Source: Camelus dromedarius (taxonomy: Eukaryota). Taken from it: DNA of 64,000 nucleotides. Below are positions 26,907 through 40,514 of this stretch, one piece after another (positions within the stretch are counted from its first letter, which is position 1; every line of letters begins with the position of its first letter). The translations under genes were made by a program, and so were the position numbers. Location: the NCBI RefSeq assembly GCF_036321535.1, contig NC_087438.1, forward strand, positions 9,116,001 to 9,180,000, read 5' to 3'. A model generated the notes under the pieces. The model did not search any database and was not told the origin of the DNA. It was given only the letters and a program-made list of their open reading frames with translations.

Positions 26907-27528
26907 TTTCTTTTTTTAAATTGAAGTATAGTCAGTTTACAATGTTGTGTCAACTTCTGGTGTACAGCATAATATTTTAGTCATACACATACATACATAT
27001 ATTCATTTTCATATTATTTTTCATTGTAAGTTACTACAAGATATTGAATATAGTTCCCTGTGCTATACAGCAGAAACTTGTTTATCTATTTTGTATATAG
27101 TAGTTAGTATCTGCAAATCTCAAACCCGTATTTTGTCCTTTCCCACCCCCGTTCCCCACTGGTAACCATAAGTTTGTTTTCTATGTCTGTGAGTCTGTTT
27201 GTTTGGTTTTTTTAAGGTTCCACATGTGAGTAATATCATATGGTATTTTTCTTTCTCTTTCTGGCTTATTTCACTTAGAATGATGATCTCTAGATCCACC
27301 CATGTTGCTGCAAGTGGTATTATTTTATTCTTTTTTAAGTCTGAGTAATATTCCATTGTATCAATATCTCACAACTTCTTTATACAGTCCTCTGTCATTG
27401 GACATTTAGGTTGTTTCCATGTCTTGGCTATTGTAAATAGTGCTGCTGTGAACATTGGGGTACGTGTATTTTTTTGAATTAGAGTTCTGTCTAGATATAT
27501 GCCCAGGCGTGGGGTTGCTGGATCATAT
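26907..27528 (-). mobile_element. Young 5'-truncated camelid-type L1 (ORF2 C-terminus plus 3' UTR) with target-site duplication
   Basis: ORF track gives L1 ORF2p C-terminal peptides YDPATPRLGIY...PMFTAALFTIAKTWKQPKCP and MEYYS..KKNKIIPLAATWVDLEIIILSEISQ. T-tract at the left end. Imperfect TSD ccaacaattcttttctt / ccaaaaattctatctt. Confidence 0.93.
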
Positions 27529-29949
27529 CCAAAAATTCTATCTTCATTCTTGATGAGCAATCAATCACATGGCCACGTGGGATCAAGTTATCACCATGCA
27601 GAGAAACAGACAACCGTTATATACAACCCAAGCAAACTAGTTCACGTTTTTAAAGGAGAATGTAGCACAGATACAAATGTATACTCTAACTTCACCTGAA
27701 AAATAAGGATTTGACTTGAGCACTCTAATAAAATAGTATAGTTGCATTTGCAGCAGGAGAAAACACATTTCCTACCCAGGAGAGATCACAATCTAACCTT
27801 TAAAAAGGTGGGGGAAAATAGTGGTATCTTTCTCACACTTAGAAAGAAACAACAAATACATGACAGTAACCAGGTCTGCATTCAATTTGTCAAACTGGGC
27901 AACCATGGCAACCACTCTTGATGACGAAGTTCAGGGAGGAGGGAGAGAAGAATACAGGTTCTTGACTGGGGACCAAATTTAGTTTTGTCCAACTCTTTAG
28001 GTCTAGAGAAGGTGGAAATAATCTGACATTCCTCTCCTCCCACCAATTTGTACAAGTGGACTCCAGTGCTACATGGAGAATTCATTCAGTCTCCTACAGG
28101 GATCACTCAGCTCTCACAGAAAAGGACTTGGTCGTAAATTAGGCACGAGCTCAAAATGACTCCACCCCTGTGAACCAGCAAGACATTAGAGCCAGAAGAC
28201 AATTTCTCACTCAGTTGGAAGTCCCTTGTAAAAGGTTATGGATTAAACCTAATGGGAAAGAGAAAACACAATTCTGATAAATGATGCTCTTCAAAGGGCT
28301 ACATTAACCCAGGCGCTGCTGTCAGGAGCCCAGAGAGTAACCACCTTTGACCCAGGCAACGTGTTACACATTGTGGGAGGATATGCCAAGGAGGTGATGG
28401 AAACAGAGATGTCGCCTGAACATGAGAAATGAGGCCCCATATAGCATCACACAGAGGTAAGATACAGTGTTTACATACAGCATTTGAAAAGCAATTGATG
28501 ATGTCCTGTGGTTTATGCCACTTCTCACAGCTTCAGTTTCCTGAAGAGTCAACCCAGAAATGACCATATTAGAGATGAACGTTTTCTTCTCAAAATATGC
28601 TAAATTCAGTGATCTACCCCTCTGAGAAAACACGGGATTACCACCCTGCCACAGACAGGCTTCAAAGGTCAAGTGTTCTGAGACGGGAAATGGCAATATA
28701 AACGGACTCTCAATCCCATACGCAGGGGGCATAGGTGTGCTGCAGGTGGCAAATTCACCTGCTTAGTCCTGACTGGGAGATAGTTCCATTCCAAAATTTT
28801 CACACCACGCATGTGTTTAAGTTTTGAAAACCATTCTGAAACAGATGGGTAATCAAAAACCATAAAAAAGAAAATCACTTGGAAATTTAAATTCAGTAAC
28901 ATAAGAATTGTGGGCTTACAAGACTATAGTCCACATAGTAAAAATGTAATATTATGCTGTGATAAAGGAGAGGAGTGCGAAGTTGCAAAATTATTTCATT
29001 TATCAAATAAATATAATTTTTGAAATTGTATGCTAAATAAGAGGAAAACAAGAAAGTAAAAGAAAAAAGAATAAAGGAGAAAACAATGAATGTGAAGCAG
29101 CAGGATGCTTCTGGCTTCATGGCTGCAAACCGTTATATTCTGTCTCAAACCACATTATAATGGGATTATCAATTTAACAAAACTAGTAACTTACCCCCAG
29201 TAAACCAAAGTACTGAATTGCTTATCAAACATTTGAAAATTATATTTATAATGCATATGAGAATGTTCGATTTTATCCGGTAACTTTGTTTTATATTTAA
29301 GTAGTGTTGATTATTTGATACTGATATTGTTAATATCTGGAGTAGGGATCTTGCAAACTTAAAAAGTTGTTTCTGGAATTGCAAGCATCTTTCTTTGGGA
29401 AAAAAAAACTGTTGTATATTTAATATTTTAATTGAAATCTTCCTCTAGGTAGATTTCCTAGAAATAAAATGCACAGGACACTTCAGTCCTGCCTGTAGTC
29501 ATCTGGTTTCCCCGTTTCATGACATTTGCACACTAAAATGTAGGTGAACTATTTAAAAAAGCTTTCTACAATTTACAGAATAAGCTTACAGCAGCAGATT
29601 TTTATTAGTGGAGGAATGTTCTTTTGCAGTATAAATTCATAGATAGTAGAGTTAATTTTTTTTTAAAGTTTTCTATTGATTGCAGTTGATGCTTTGCTGT
29701 GTCACTACTTAATATTATAAATCCTAGTCCTTCTGATGGGTATTTCCTTGTGGAAGCTGTGTTACACTCTTAATCCATTTAGTTGGAAGAACTCTCCACA
29801 CAACTAACATTTTTTACATTAAGTATGGGTGAAGCAGAATTTTTCCATAATTTGCCAGCTCTATGTTTAAATATTTTAGGTTGTATTACATTTTATACTG
29901 TGTAGCTGATACCTTCCCTAAAGTATATTTTTTGATAAGTGTGACAATT

Positions 29950-30450
29950 ATTTAAATATATTTTATTGTGAAATGTTACCCAAATACAAAATGCTCAGAA
30001 AATAAGAGGGTGCAGGTTAGAGGATTATTATAAACTGAAAATGAATGGAACCATCAACCAAGGGAAGAATTAAAAAATTGTCTGAAAGTTCAATGAGCCT
30101 TATGGCATTTAGCTATCTTCTTCTGGCTGAATTTTAAGATAATCATTCACTGTATTATTTTCCACTTATTTATTCATATTACCACCTAAGTATGCATCCC
30201 TGAAGGTCCCTAAGCCCTATGGCTTGATTTATCTAGTTCAAGACATCTATAATTAGTAGAATCATATGAAAAGCATATTTTTGTTTCTGGTTTCTTTTCC
30301 TACATGCCATGTTTCTGAGGCTTTGCTTTGTTTATTTTCATTCCTGTGTAACAGTACAAGGTAGAAATATACAAAATTTTAATCATACATAGATTGGCAT
30401 TTGGGTTTACATTGGATTATAAGTAATGTGCTATTAACATATTACAATAT
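29950..30450 (-). mobile_element. Old L1ME-like 3' fragment
   Basis: ttttattgtgaaat, taccacctaagtatgcatccct, gcatatttttgtttctggtttcttttcctacatgccatgtttctgag, gctattaacat. Confidence 0.55.
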
Positions 30451-30559
30451 TATTCTGAAAATCTTGAATAAGTTAGTATCAAATTAATCCAAGTACTATT
30501 TAAATAGTAACGTGGATCAAGAGCAAGTGACATTTTTCTATGTATGTAAATGTGATTCA

Positions 30560-31385
30560 AAATTAGGAGATCTCATCATCTAATTTGCAGTCTTTATTAA
30601 CTCTAAATACAAAAAGATACTTGATGATCTCAATATATTTTAAACTGGCATTAATAAAAATCAACACACAATCCCAATTAAAACAAAAAATAAATTCTTA
30701 GTAAACCAGAAAATAGATGATACTCTGTTATTAATATACTTGAAAGTCTGGCCTATTTAGTGATAAAATAAAAGAAATGTTCACAATACAGAAGTGACTG
30801 AATTCCTGTTATTACAAAATTATTATTTTTTATGGATGAATTAACCAATCCACTTAAAGAGGCAGACATAATGAATAGTATGCAAATTGGCAAGAAAGAA
30901 TCAATACCAATTATGATTATTTGCCATTAATGATTTATCTATAAGAAATCCAAGAAAATCCACTAATGAGTTTAGAAAAATAATAGGAAATAGATAGTAA
31001 TAGCTTCAGAAAGCTCTCAGACTTTGTTAGATTCAAATACTCTTCCTTATTATAACATTCATAAACAAAATAATTATTCAAAGCAGCATTCTAAAACCAA
31101 AGCTACAAAGCAACACGTAAATTTATATATTACTTATATATTTAAATGTCATAAAAATCTATTTAGCAACATAAAAAAGACTAAATGAAGTTGACATACA
31201 TAAAATTTTTTGTGTTCAAAAAGAATCTGATATTTAAAGTTGGGAGTTACATCGAAATTGATTTATGAAGTCAATAAAATGGTGATTATACAGCTAGCAG
31301 AATTTATTTTTAAACCTTTAAAAGATTATCTAAATGAAAAAACATATATAAGAGTAGAGCACTAACATTTTTGATAAAAAAGTGA
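30560..31385 (+). mobile_element. Decayed L1 ORF2 fragment
   Basis: aaattcttagtaaaccagaaaatagatg, caaattggcaagaaagaatcaataccaattatgattatttgc, agaaatccaagaaaatccact. Confidence 0.55.
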
Positions 31386-32731
31386 AAATACATCTTTGCA
31401 CAAAGCCTCTTAATTCACTCTTTTTTTTTTCAATTTGATATTTGCATTTAGAAGTTTAATCAATCTGTCATTGATCCCTATGACGTGAGATGAGGAAATC
31501 AAGCGATCTGACCGTGAAGAAGCTGTTCAGTGATCTTAGTGACATTTGCTTAACTGTTCCCTCTCTATTGGTTTTGGACACCTCCAGTAAAATTTCACTT
31601 TATAACTAAAATTTCATATAAACACTTTTATTTTAACTTTGTGATATCTAACAGCATTCACAATTTTATAATATTACAAAGCTATTTTAACAGGTTCCAT
31701 GGGCGTATGAGTGTCTAAATAGTTAGGATAAACTGCAAAAAGTACAGAGCACTGTGTGTTGCCTTCCTACAGAGGAATGCCAAGATCGGAAGAGAGAGTG
31801 TTTAAAGCATTATCCTGGGTGTGGAATCAAAGTGAAAAATTTTTTAAAAATGTATTTATTCACTTTTTTGCTTTAGATTGTCTTAGCAGCTGGTACCATT
31901 CTCCTCCCCCCACCCTGCCTCCTCTCTTCCTCCTCCATAGATTCTTTCTGCAGGGGTGAATCATGCTTTTTTTGTTTGTTTTATCCATTGCAGTTGTACC
32001 TCCATTTCAGACTTTATATATTCATATTTTTCTCCTTCCAATTATGTCATGGAATCATGTCATGGAACTATTTTCTTTTAATGCTTAAGATGGATGATAA
32101 AAAACAAACAAAAACAAAAAAGAAAGCAAGACAGAGAACTTCAATATATACACAGAAGATAAAATGGTTAAAATTGACACAAAAGAGGAAAGGAGAGACA
32201 TTTAAATTTGTAGGTAGAATTTTTTTATTGCCATGAATCAGATAAAATGATTTGCTCCTTTCTGTCTGACCAGATGAGTAACTGACTAGCACATAGTGTG
32301 TCACAACTTCCCTCCAAGTACACAACCCTAGAGATGCTATAATTACACGAAGCTGAGAAACAACTGTAAATAATAAAAGCATCTGTGGCTTTCCTTAGGG
32401 TGCAGAGGCCAGCACGAAGGGCTGTGGTGTGAGGACAGCAGTGGGCAGGTGGTGAGGGGAGATAGGAAAATCTAGAAAAACCTTTGATGTGTGCTCCTTG
32501 CTTCATGGTCTGAGCCAATCTGCTTTCTCACACTTTCTATTATTAAAAAAAAAAATGAAGGCTAGCTTGGTTCTCTTGTGAGCGAAAATTCCCTTGAGAG
32601 TATCAGCTAAATTAGCAGGTGAAATACACAAGAAGAAAAGACCAAACTTCAGCCCTAACTTGTGCCACTGTAGGTTAGTATGGACAGGTGAGAGGTCCTC
32701 CTAGAAAAAGACCGCCCAACTCAACCGCATC

Positions 32732-33030
32732 ATGATGGTTAATATCACGTGTTAAATTGTGGGGCACGGTGCCCAGTTTTTGGTCAAACACTAGTCTGGA
32801 TATTGCTCTGGAGGTATTTTTTTAGATGTGATAAACGTTTATATCAGTCAACTGTGAGTAAAGCCCATTACTCTCCATAATGTGAGTGGACTTCTAATCA
32901 GTTGAAAGCCTTCAAGGAAAAAAAAAATGAGGTCCCCCAAGGAAGAAGGAAATCTGCCTCCAGGCGACCTTAGGAAGCAAGCTGCAATGTCAGGTCTTCC
33001 CTGGGCTTCCAGAGTGCCAGCCTACGGATG
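32732..33030 (+). mobile_element. MLT2 (ERVL) LTR fragment
   Basis: tgatggttaatatcacgtg...ggtgcccagtttttggtcaaacactagtctggatattgctctggaggtatttttttagatgtga...taatcagttgaaagcc. Confidence 0.85.
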
Positions 33031-34844
33031 ATAGACCTCTCCTCTTATAAAAACCCTGCCTTACTTCTTTACTAATACTTGTCCCAGGAGTGATGAATCA
33101 AAATTTCATTTTTTTGTTGAGGTAGATGTACCAAGAGGAAGAGAGGAAGAAAGGATGCTGCCAGTTGGGAAGTTTAGAATAAAACAGCAGTAATGTGTGC
33201 ATTTCAGTGTATTTTGAATCTAGAGACAGTGCTTATGAACATTTTTTGCTAATTCCATTTTATGTTTCCACTGTAGATCCATAGGAAAATTTATTTCTTC
33301 CAGTTAACTGGAAATTATTCTGCCAAGTACATCTGTCAATGTCCATTGCAACAACAGAAATAAATGTTTCATTCCAAAAATTCTTGGATAATTAATTGGC
33401 TATGGTTTGATAGCCTTTCATTCAGATGTCTGCAAGTTAAAGTACTAAATTCATACTCTCTATATGGAAGCTGAGACTAAGTCTTTTCCCTAAAAAAATA
33501 TAAAAATTAAATAGGAAGTTGTTAGAGAAATATTGGATCATAACATAACAACATAATTGCATAGCATCATAAACTATTTATACAATAAAAAGCAATGGAT
33601 TGTATATCAAAATGCCCATATTTTAAAACTTAATATGAATGTAGCACAATGCATCCTTTTGATGCAATAACATGAAGTTCCTTACTGAAATAAAACCAGA
33701 CCACTATATATTTACTAAATCATATTTTACACTTAAACACAGTAATTCTTACACAATGACTATTGATACATAGTTTATTTTTTTAGACTGTCTTAGTTAA
33801 CTGTTTCCAATTCTTTGTGGCAGAGAAAGTCTGTAGATATTTGTTAAAACAAAAATTTTAATACATTGCTAATTAGGTGTATATATATTTACATATCAAT
33901 TTATGATTTTATTACTCTTTAACATATGAATGAATTAGCTAGCAACTCACTGTACATTTTTCAAAAAGAAAAAGAAATATAATTTTGGCAATTTAAAAAA
34001 ATAGTCAATTATAAAAGTGTTTTTCATACTCATAAAAGTGTAAACTGGTAAATCATTTAAAATTCCTTCTTGGTGGGATTCTCAAAAGGGAACTGAGTCC
34101 ACATTCTCTATATGCTCTATATAGAGCAATGCTATGCCCTACAATACCCTTAAATTTTTATCACTTCAGACTTCAATATTCACCAATGGACTGAAGTAAG
34201 ATTCTTTCTGAAATAAGGTTGTGACTCATGATTCTGAGATCTAACTGCATGGACCACGAATATTCCATGAATATAGATGAGAAAGAAATGCTGAGTTAAG
34301 CAGGACGTCTACAAACAGCCTTTTACTTTGAAGAAACTGTTTAACATACAACTGTGGCTGAAAATAATGAAGCTTTTTTTTGCAGAAATTTATTATATTA
34401 ATATTAGTTATTATAATTGATATTTCTCAGTATTAGTTGGTGAGAAGCTTTGAAAATACAGGTTAATAAATTCAAGAGCTGTTGACATGATATTACTTAT
34501 ATCATTCTTGTATAAAAGAACTATACACCAAGAAGTTAGGAAAAAGTATTTTCTTGACACCTTAGATAACACAAATGAAATAATATTCTACAAACACTGT
34601 TATCATTTCAGCAATAATGTTCAAATCACATCAAGCACCTACACTCAGACTATGCAGGAATTAAATATAGGATCTGTGGTCCCATATTAAAGATATTTGA
34701 ACAATCATACAAGAGTGTGCTGCCTCACACAAAATCAATATAAATTTGACTTTTTTTTAGCAAGATTGGTGATCTCAATGGGAAGATACTCACAAAGCCT
34801 CTGCAGGTACAAGAATAACATGAAGATAATGTATACATTCTCTT

Positions 34845-35230
34845 TTGAGGGTTGAATCCCTCAAGAAGCAAACTCTAAGACAGACAAATGTGCAGAGTGT
34901 TTACTAGAGCCTTCTCTCAGGATCAGCACTAGTGAACGGGGACCACATTGGGCAGGGTGAGATGCTGGTCTCAATACAGTCCCTGCAGAGACCTCAGTCA
35001 GCCTCTAGTGAGCTCCGAAGATGAAATAACCCTTTGTCATTTCCCATGGTGGTGCTAGGATACTGGGATTTGTACGAGAGATGACTGGTAACTGGTTGCA
35101 GGATGCCCTGAGAAAAGACTTGACTTTGGAGGAGGAACAATCTTCAGACAATTCCCCAAGAGTTTGAAAATCAGAGCTGTCACCTGCCACCTTTCTAGGA
35201 GCTGCGATTAACAAGAGATACAGTGCAACT
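34845..35230 (-). mobile_element. LTR16-like (ERVL) solo LTR
   Basis: ccctcaagaagcaaactctaagacagac...gtgcagagtgtttactagag...ctctcaggatcagcac...agagacctcagtcagcctctagtgagctccgaag. Confidence 0.6.
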
Positions 35231-38200
35231 TCAATCATCAGCTCTAAGAGATTACATTTATACAGGTTTATAGTCCAGGATGTACAATTTTCTAGTAGTA
35301 TGACTTGAACAAAGAAACTCCATCTTCACGAAAATTAAAGTTAATATGGGTTGACTTATATGTTAGTTGAAAGTAAAAATTGAAAAAAAAAAACTTTAAA
35401 TAGATTATTTTATTACATATATTTATAACCTATACAGATGTGTGTAAATTTTAGTTCTAATTTGCAAAATACTGAATGAGTCTTTAAAACTTCAGTTTTG
35501 CTACTACCAAATAAAGTATTGCACAAAGTGAAACCTGTATTATTTCAGCCTCTGTAAGCTGAATGGCAAATATGCCAAATACTTTAATTATATATATTTT
35601 AGAATTTCAATGTATTTGTTGTTTCATTTAAAGTTATCAAAAATTAACATCACTTGATTGATATCCATGCTTGCCATAACTGTACAATTATATGTGTTTT
35701 TTGCATGCTAATGATCATTTGACATTTATGGCAATAATCCACAGAGACTTTGGACAAATCAATAATTGAAGAAGTGTTTATGATGAAATTTCAGTGTGCA
35801 CAGTATTATGTTAAATTCTTCTAAATCACACAATATAATATATAATATCTTTCTATCTTTTAAATAAATTATAACCTAACTGGAAATATGAGACACAAAC
35901 AAGGAATTAACAATTAGGAACACTCTTAATGTTGTACTGAAGGGAAAATACTTCATTATATCACCTGGAACTTCAGCTTATAATTTAGCACATGAGTTGT
36001 AAGAAGACATATCAGAGTTGGCAAAGACAAATCGTAATTCTTTGAAAGAGAAATAATTTAAGAGCAGATATAAACATTAATTTTATAACTGCATATTATA
36101 TTAAAATGAAGACCAATTGGAAGATTTCATTTTTCTAACTATGCAATCTGATCCTTATTTCAATTCATTTAGAGTCTATTTAGAGTTATGTTACAGAAAG
36201 TAACATGAGTAATACGGGTGCTTTTTAGTATTTTTATTTCTTCTTGGACATTTTCTTTTGAAATTATTTAAAATTTGCTCATCAAACTTTATAAAATGCC
36301 ATAATGTATTTAATTGGAACTATAATAAATTAATTTCGGAGAATTGACTTTTTAAATAATCTCACTGAGAAAATAAAAAATTCCCTCAAATTATTTGTGT
36401 ATTTTTGCTATGCTCTTTATTTGACTTTCCTGTTGTTGTTTTCTTCTATTCCTGACTATTTTATGGCCATCAATTATCCTTGTGTTGATTCTTTGAAAAA
36501 TGCTAGAAAGTGGTAAGAAATTCATTTCTCAAATATGAGCTAACGGTGTGTCATATATCAATATGAAGGAATCACTAGCATGAGAAAATGTAAGCCAAAA
36601 ATTGCTAGGATTAGCTCATGCCATATATAAAGACAACCTAGCAGAAAATGACAAAAATGCATAACAGGAGAGGTCCAAGTGACATCTTGCTAACACTGAG
36701 GAGTTGGATCTAGCTCAGAGCAAAACATACCCCTGAATCTCTCGGGTATTATTTCATAAAACCTTTTTTTGCCTTAAAATACTTCGAGCTATATTTAGTT
36801 ATTTGCTACCTAAATAAGCTAACCAGTAGTGTCATACTTTGTTCCTCTTTCTGTTTCCTGTTCTCTTTGTGTGCTAGATTGTGTTTTGACAACTTGATGG
36901 AGTCTTGAAAATACATTTCTGCAAATCCTTGTCTTTGTGTGATTTAATCATGCATTGGCTAAAGGGAATAGTGATATTTAGAATGAGAGAAGAGGAACCG
37001 GTTACTCTCAGAAGGATGCCGCAGTCAACCATGTGGTGAATAAATACGGTGTGCTTGATGGGCTCCAAGCTTCATTTCATGCAATTCCTGTCCAGCTCAA
37101 CTTTTCTACTGTTGATCCTGGAGATCAACAGCAGCTTGAAGTCGACCATTAGGAGACTCTGTGTAGTCCCACACAGAGAGAAGTTACACCCAGAAGAGAC
37201 AACTTCCACAGACCTCTCCGCAATGGACCTCTCTGTGGTCCCTCTTTGGTGACCAGATGCACTTGGCCAAACGCATGTGATAGGACTTGCAGTATGTGAG
37301 CCAAGGAAGGGAAAAGCAGAGCAGAATGTCTCCAAAGACTCACTTCTACTGTCATCTACAATAGACAGCTAAAAAATGCTTCATTTTTGGTGGCCAACAT
37401 GCATAAAAACACTCAGGTCTACATGAGTTAAAGTTCACAGTGGTCAACTTGCTTATGCCTAACTATTACAATGTATGGTAAGAAGGAGAGAAGAATTCTG
37501 TATATGTTTAAGGGGAGAGAAACTTTCAGCCTAAGGACAATTCTGAAAGATTTTCTTTAGCACACGGGGATGATCCAAGTTTGGTTGGATCCTAGGAGCT
37601 ATAGTATTTATAATGAATTACTCCTGGAAATTTCAGGTGGTATAGAAAATGTTTAGGAGTCTTCTGCTTCTGCAGACTTCTTAATAATATTCTTTTCTAA
37701 ATTGTAGTTCCCAGAAATGCAGAAGTGGGATCGATTGTGAGGGAAAGAGGACTGAAATCATATGCAGACGAAGGAAACAGCCTTCCCTCTCAGTCCAAAT
37801 GAAATCTCCATGTCACTCAGTGTAACCCAAGGACTCTGATGCACCGCCCAGCCATCCGCGATCTGTAGATTTCCTCTGCAGTCTACCTGACTTACTGTCC
37901 CTGTCCCTGCACATCGGAGGAAGCTCAGCTGTGATTGAGGAGACTTGCTGTGAAGCACCAGCTTCCCTGACGGAGGCATAAACACACGCACACACACAAA
38001 ACAGAAACCACGCAAGGAAGTCTCATTCTAGCCAGCCCATAGGGCACAGTCAGAAAGCAAAATTTGCAAGTGGGATTTTGGATCACTGTTTTCACCTCCC
38101 TCCAGGAGAAATGAAGCTGTAGTGGAGCACTGAGTCAGAAGAAGGGGTAAGTACAGCCAACAACCTGAAATGTCACATTAAACTTCCCTTAATCTGTGTT

Positions 38201-38660
38201 TCTTTTCAGCCAGGACACCCAGAGCAGAAAATGAGACCACATTTCTGGAAAGAATGAGAATTAGTGATGAGGAAGACTCTCTCTCTATGAACAGCGGCAA
38301 TTCTAGAAGAAGGGAGTAAGTAATTCCCTACATGCTGAGTTTATTTATGCTGCATCTGAGATGTGAAATAAGAAAGCTTTCAACATAATTAAGGACAATT
38401 CAGCATGTGGTGCTACTACCCTCTGAGGACAGCCTAGAGAAGGTACCTGATGTTTGAATCCATTCTTCATATTTTGCCCTACTCTGCAAGGCACATGGAG
38501 GAAGAATTTGGAGGACAGATGATGCTTTCGGGAATTGCAGATACTTCCCTGGAGAGAAAGTGAAATGGGTGGGAAGATAATTATCCAACATCTGGCCCAT
38601 AAGTCTTGTTAAGGAGTAGAGGATCCCCGTTTAGCAGACTACTCTGGAAGTCCTTTAGCG

Positions 38661-38896
38661 AAGGGGTTGACAAATTTTTTTTTGTAAAAAGCCACAGAAT
38701 AAATATTTCAGTCTTGTTATCTACACTGCCTCTCTTGTAGCTTCTTCACTCTACGTTTTTGGAATGTGAGTAGTCTTGGGCTGTACATAAATGAATGGGT
38801 GTGGCTATTTTCCAATAAACAAACAAAACAAAAAAAACCAGATAAACAGGTACTGAGATGTATGTGGTCAACCAGTTGTAGTTTACCCACCCCTTG
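38661..38896 (+). mobile_element. MER58A-like hAT-Charlie DNA transposon
   Basis: TIR-like ends aggggttgacaaat and agtttacccacccct. Internal taaatgaatgggtgtggctattttccaataaa. Confidence 0.8.
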
Positions 38897-39689
38897 TTTC
38901 CAAATGAGGTCATAAGGGCATATGTTACAAGACTATAAAACAAAAATAAGGGGTACATTATTACATACATAACATCAGAAATTTGTGGGTGTGGCAGGGA
39001 GGGGAGGAGACAGGGAGTGACAGAGGCAGCAGTATCAGGCAATGAGGCAAGAGGTTTAGACCTGTGGCAAAAGAGGGTGGAAAGGAATTTCTGCAGATCC
39101 ATTGACCACATAGTGATCTATTATCCAATTTTATGCTATTTGAACAGCTGTAGTGTAAGCCCTTCTATCTCCTGAACCTTCAGTAAAACTTGCTTCATAG
39201 ATCAACATGGTATAAAATACAAATTTAGTCAGGGTATATTTGTTTGCTTGCTTACATTGAGACTATTAAGGACTAGAGATTGCTTTTCCTACGTGACTGG
39301 CATGGATCAAAGAGATAAGAACTGTATGGACATATAGTAAAAAAGACATCCCGAGTTCTGTGGACACTAATGGAGAGCCACCGAGGTCTTTAAGCACTTG
39401 ATAATATGCAGGAAACCTAGGGAAAATGGCAGATTGCTGGTGTGAGCTGGAACTTGATATAAGAGAATCTCTAGTGTCATTAGACCACTGCAACACCAAA
39501 GCACATAACAATTCACTTTATAAAATGGCTACATGCTTGCTTACTAGGTCTCAGTAAGTATTTTATTGCATTCTTTGCTGGAAATTGTTATCTTATTACA
39601 TTGGCATTCTAAAATCAATATTTACTCAATCTGGTGCAAACAATGGTTGAAATTGAGTTTACTGGTGGTGTATTCTTTTTTATTATAAC

Positions 39690-39810
39690 ACTGCTAAGCA
39701 CCCATATTGAGATTTTTATTTTAGTAGTTCTAGATGGGTCTTTGGATTGTTACTTATAAAAATCATCTCAGAGCTCTCTCAGATGTCACCAAGTTTGGGA
39801 ATCACTAGAT
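39690..39810. mobile_element. MER5-like fragment
   Basis: tgagatttttattttagtagttctagatggg...caagtttgggaatcacta. Confidence 0.5.
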
Positions 39811-40514
39811 AAGTTTGAACAGAATTTGAATAAAAAAAGAAATGACCTACTGTTGCCAAGATAAACATTTTTGACCTTTCAGGCTCTTATTCACAGGAAA
39901 TAGGAATCTGTTGTCTGGTTAGACTCCAAGTAGGAAGGGACCTACTTTCCGTCAAGAGGGTTTTGAACGTCATTTGTCTTACCATAGCACAAGTAGACCA
40001 CTGATTGGGCCCGAGAGAATGCAGCTATTGAAAATATCAACCCATACTAGAAAGACAGAAAAAAAAAACAAGGAAGCAAATTTCAGGGTCACAAATTAAA
40101 AGGTTAAAGCTTTCTATCATACTGGAAGGTTTTTAGTTGAATTGAGTCAAGTAATTTTTATACTGTTACAACTGCATACATACAGCATAGCAAAATGCCA
40201 TTGGAAGAGACTTAAATGAGTTACTACAATCCTAAAAAGACTAATTAGAGGGATGCAGACTGAATGGCACACTTTATTTTTATTGGTGGAGAAGGTACCT
40301 ATGGAAAGGCTCACTATGTCCACCAAGAATGGAAATTATAAAATATTACAGAGTGAAAAGAAACTTTTAGGGTGAAATTTATGTGATCTTCTATGTGTGA
40401 TTTTCTGGAATTGAAAGGAGAAGATGGTTTACTGAAATCTTCATAGTCAGCATTCACCTAGCGTCTTAATTCCTGTAATACTGCCATCAGTATTGGAACA
40501 TTGTAATGCATTCG

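Noticed and set aside
27120..27560. ORFs with protein-like sequence
   Set aside because: Frameshifted C-terminus of L1 ORF2p in a 5'-truncated insertion, not a host gene.
34113..34128. 16-bp perfect palindrome tgctctatatagagca; similar short inverted repeats at 17241-17260 and 24304-24340
   Set aside because: Short AT-rich palindromes occur occasionally by chance at this scale, and there is no supporting context.
36983..37152. Plus-strand 55-codon ORF MRRGTGYSQKDAAVNHVVNKYGVLDGLQ...
   Set aside because: Short, no recognisable homology, and no poly(A) or TSD to support a retrocopy.
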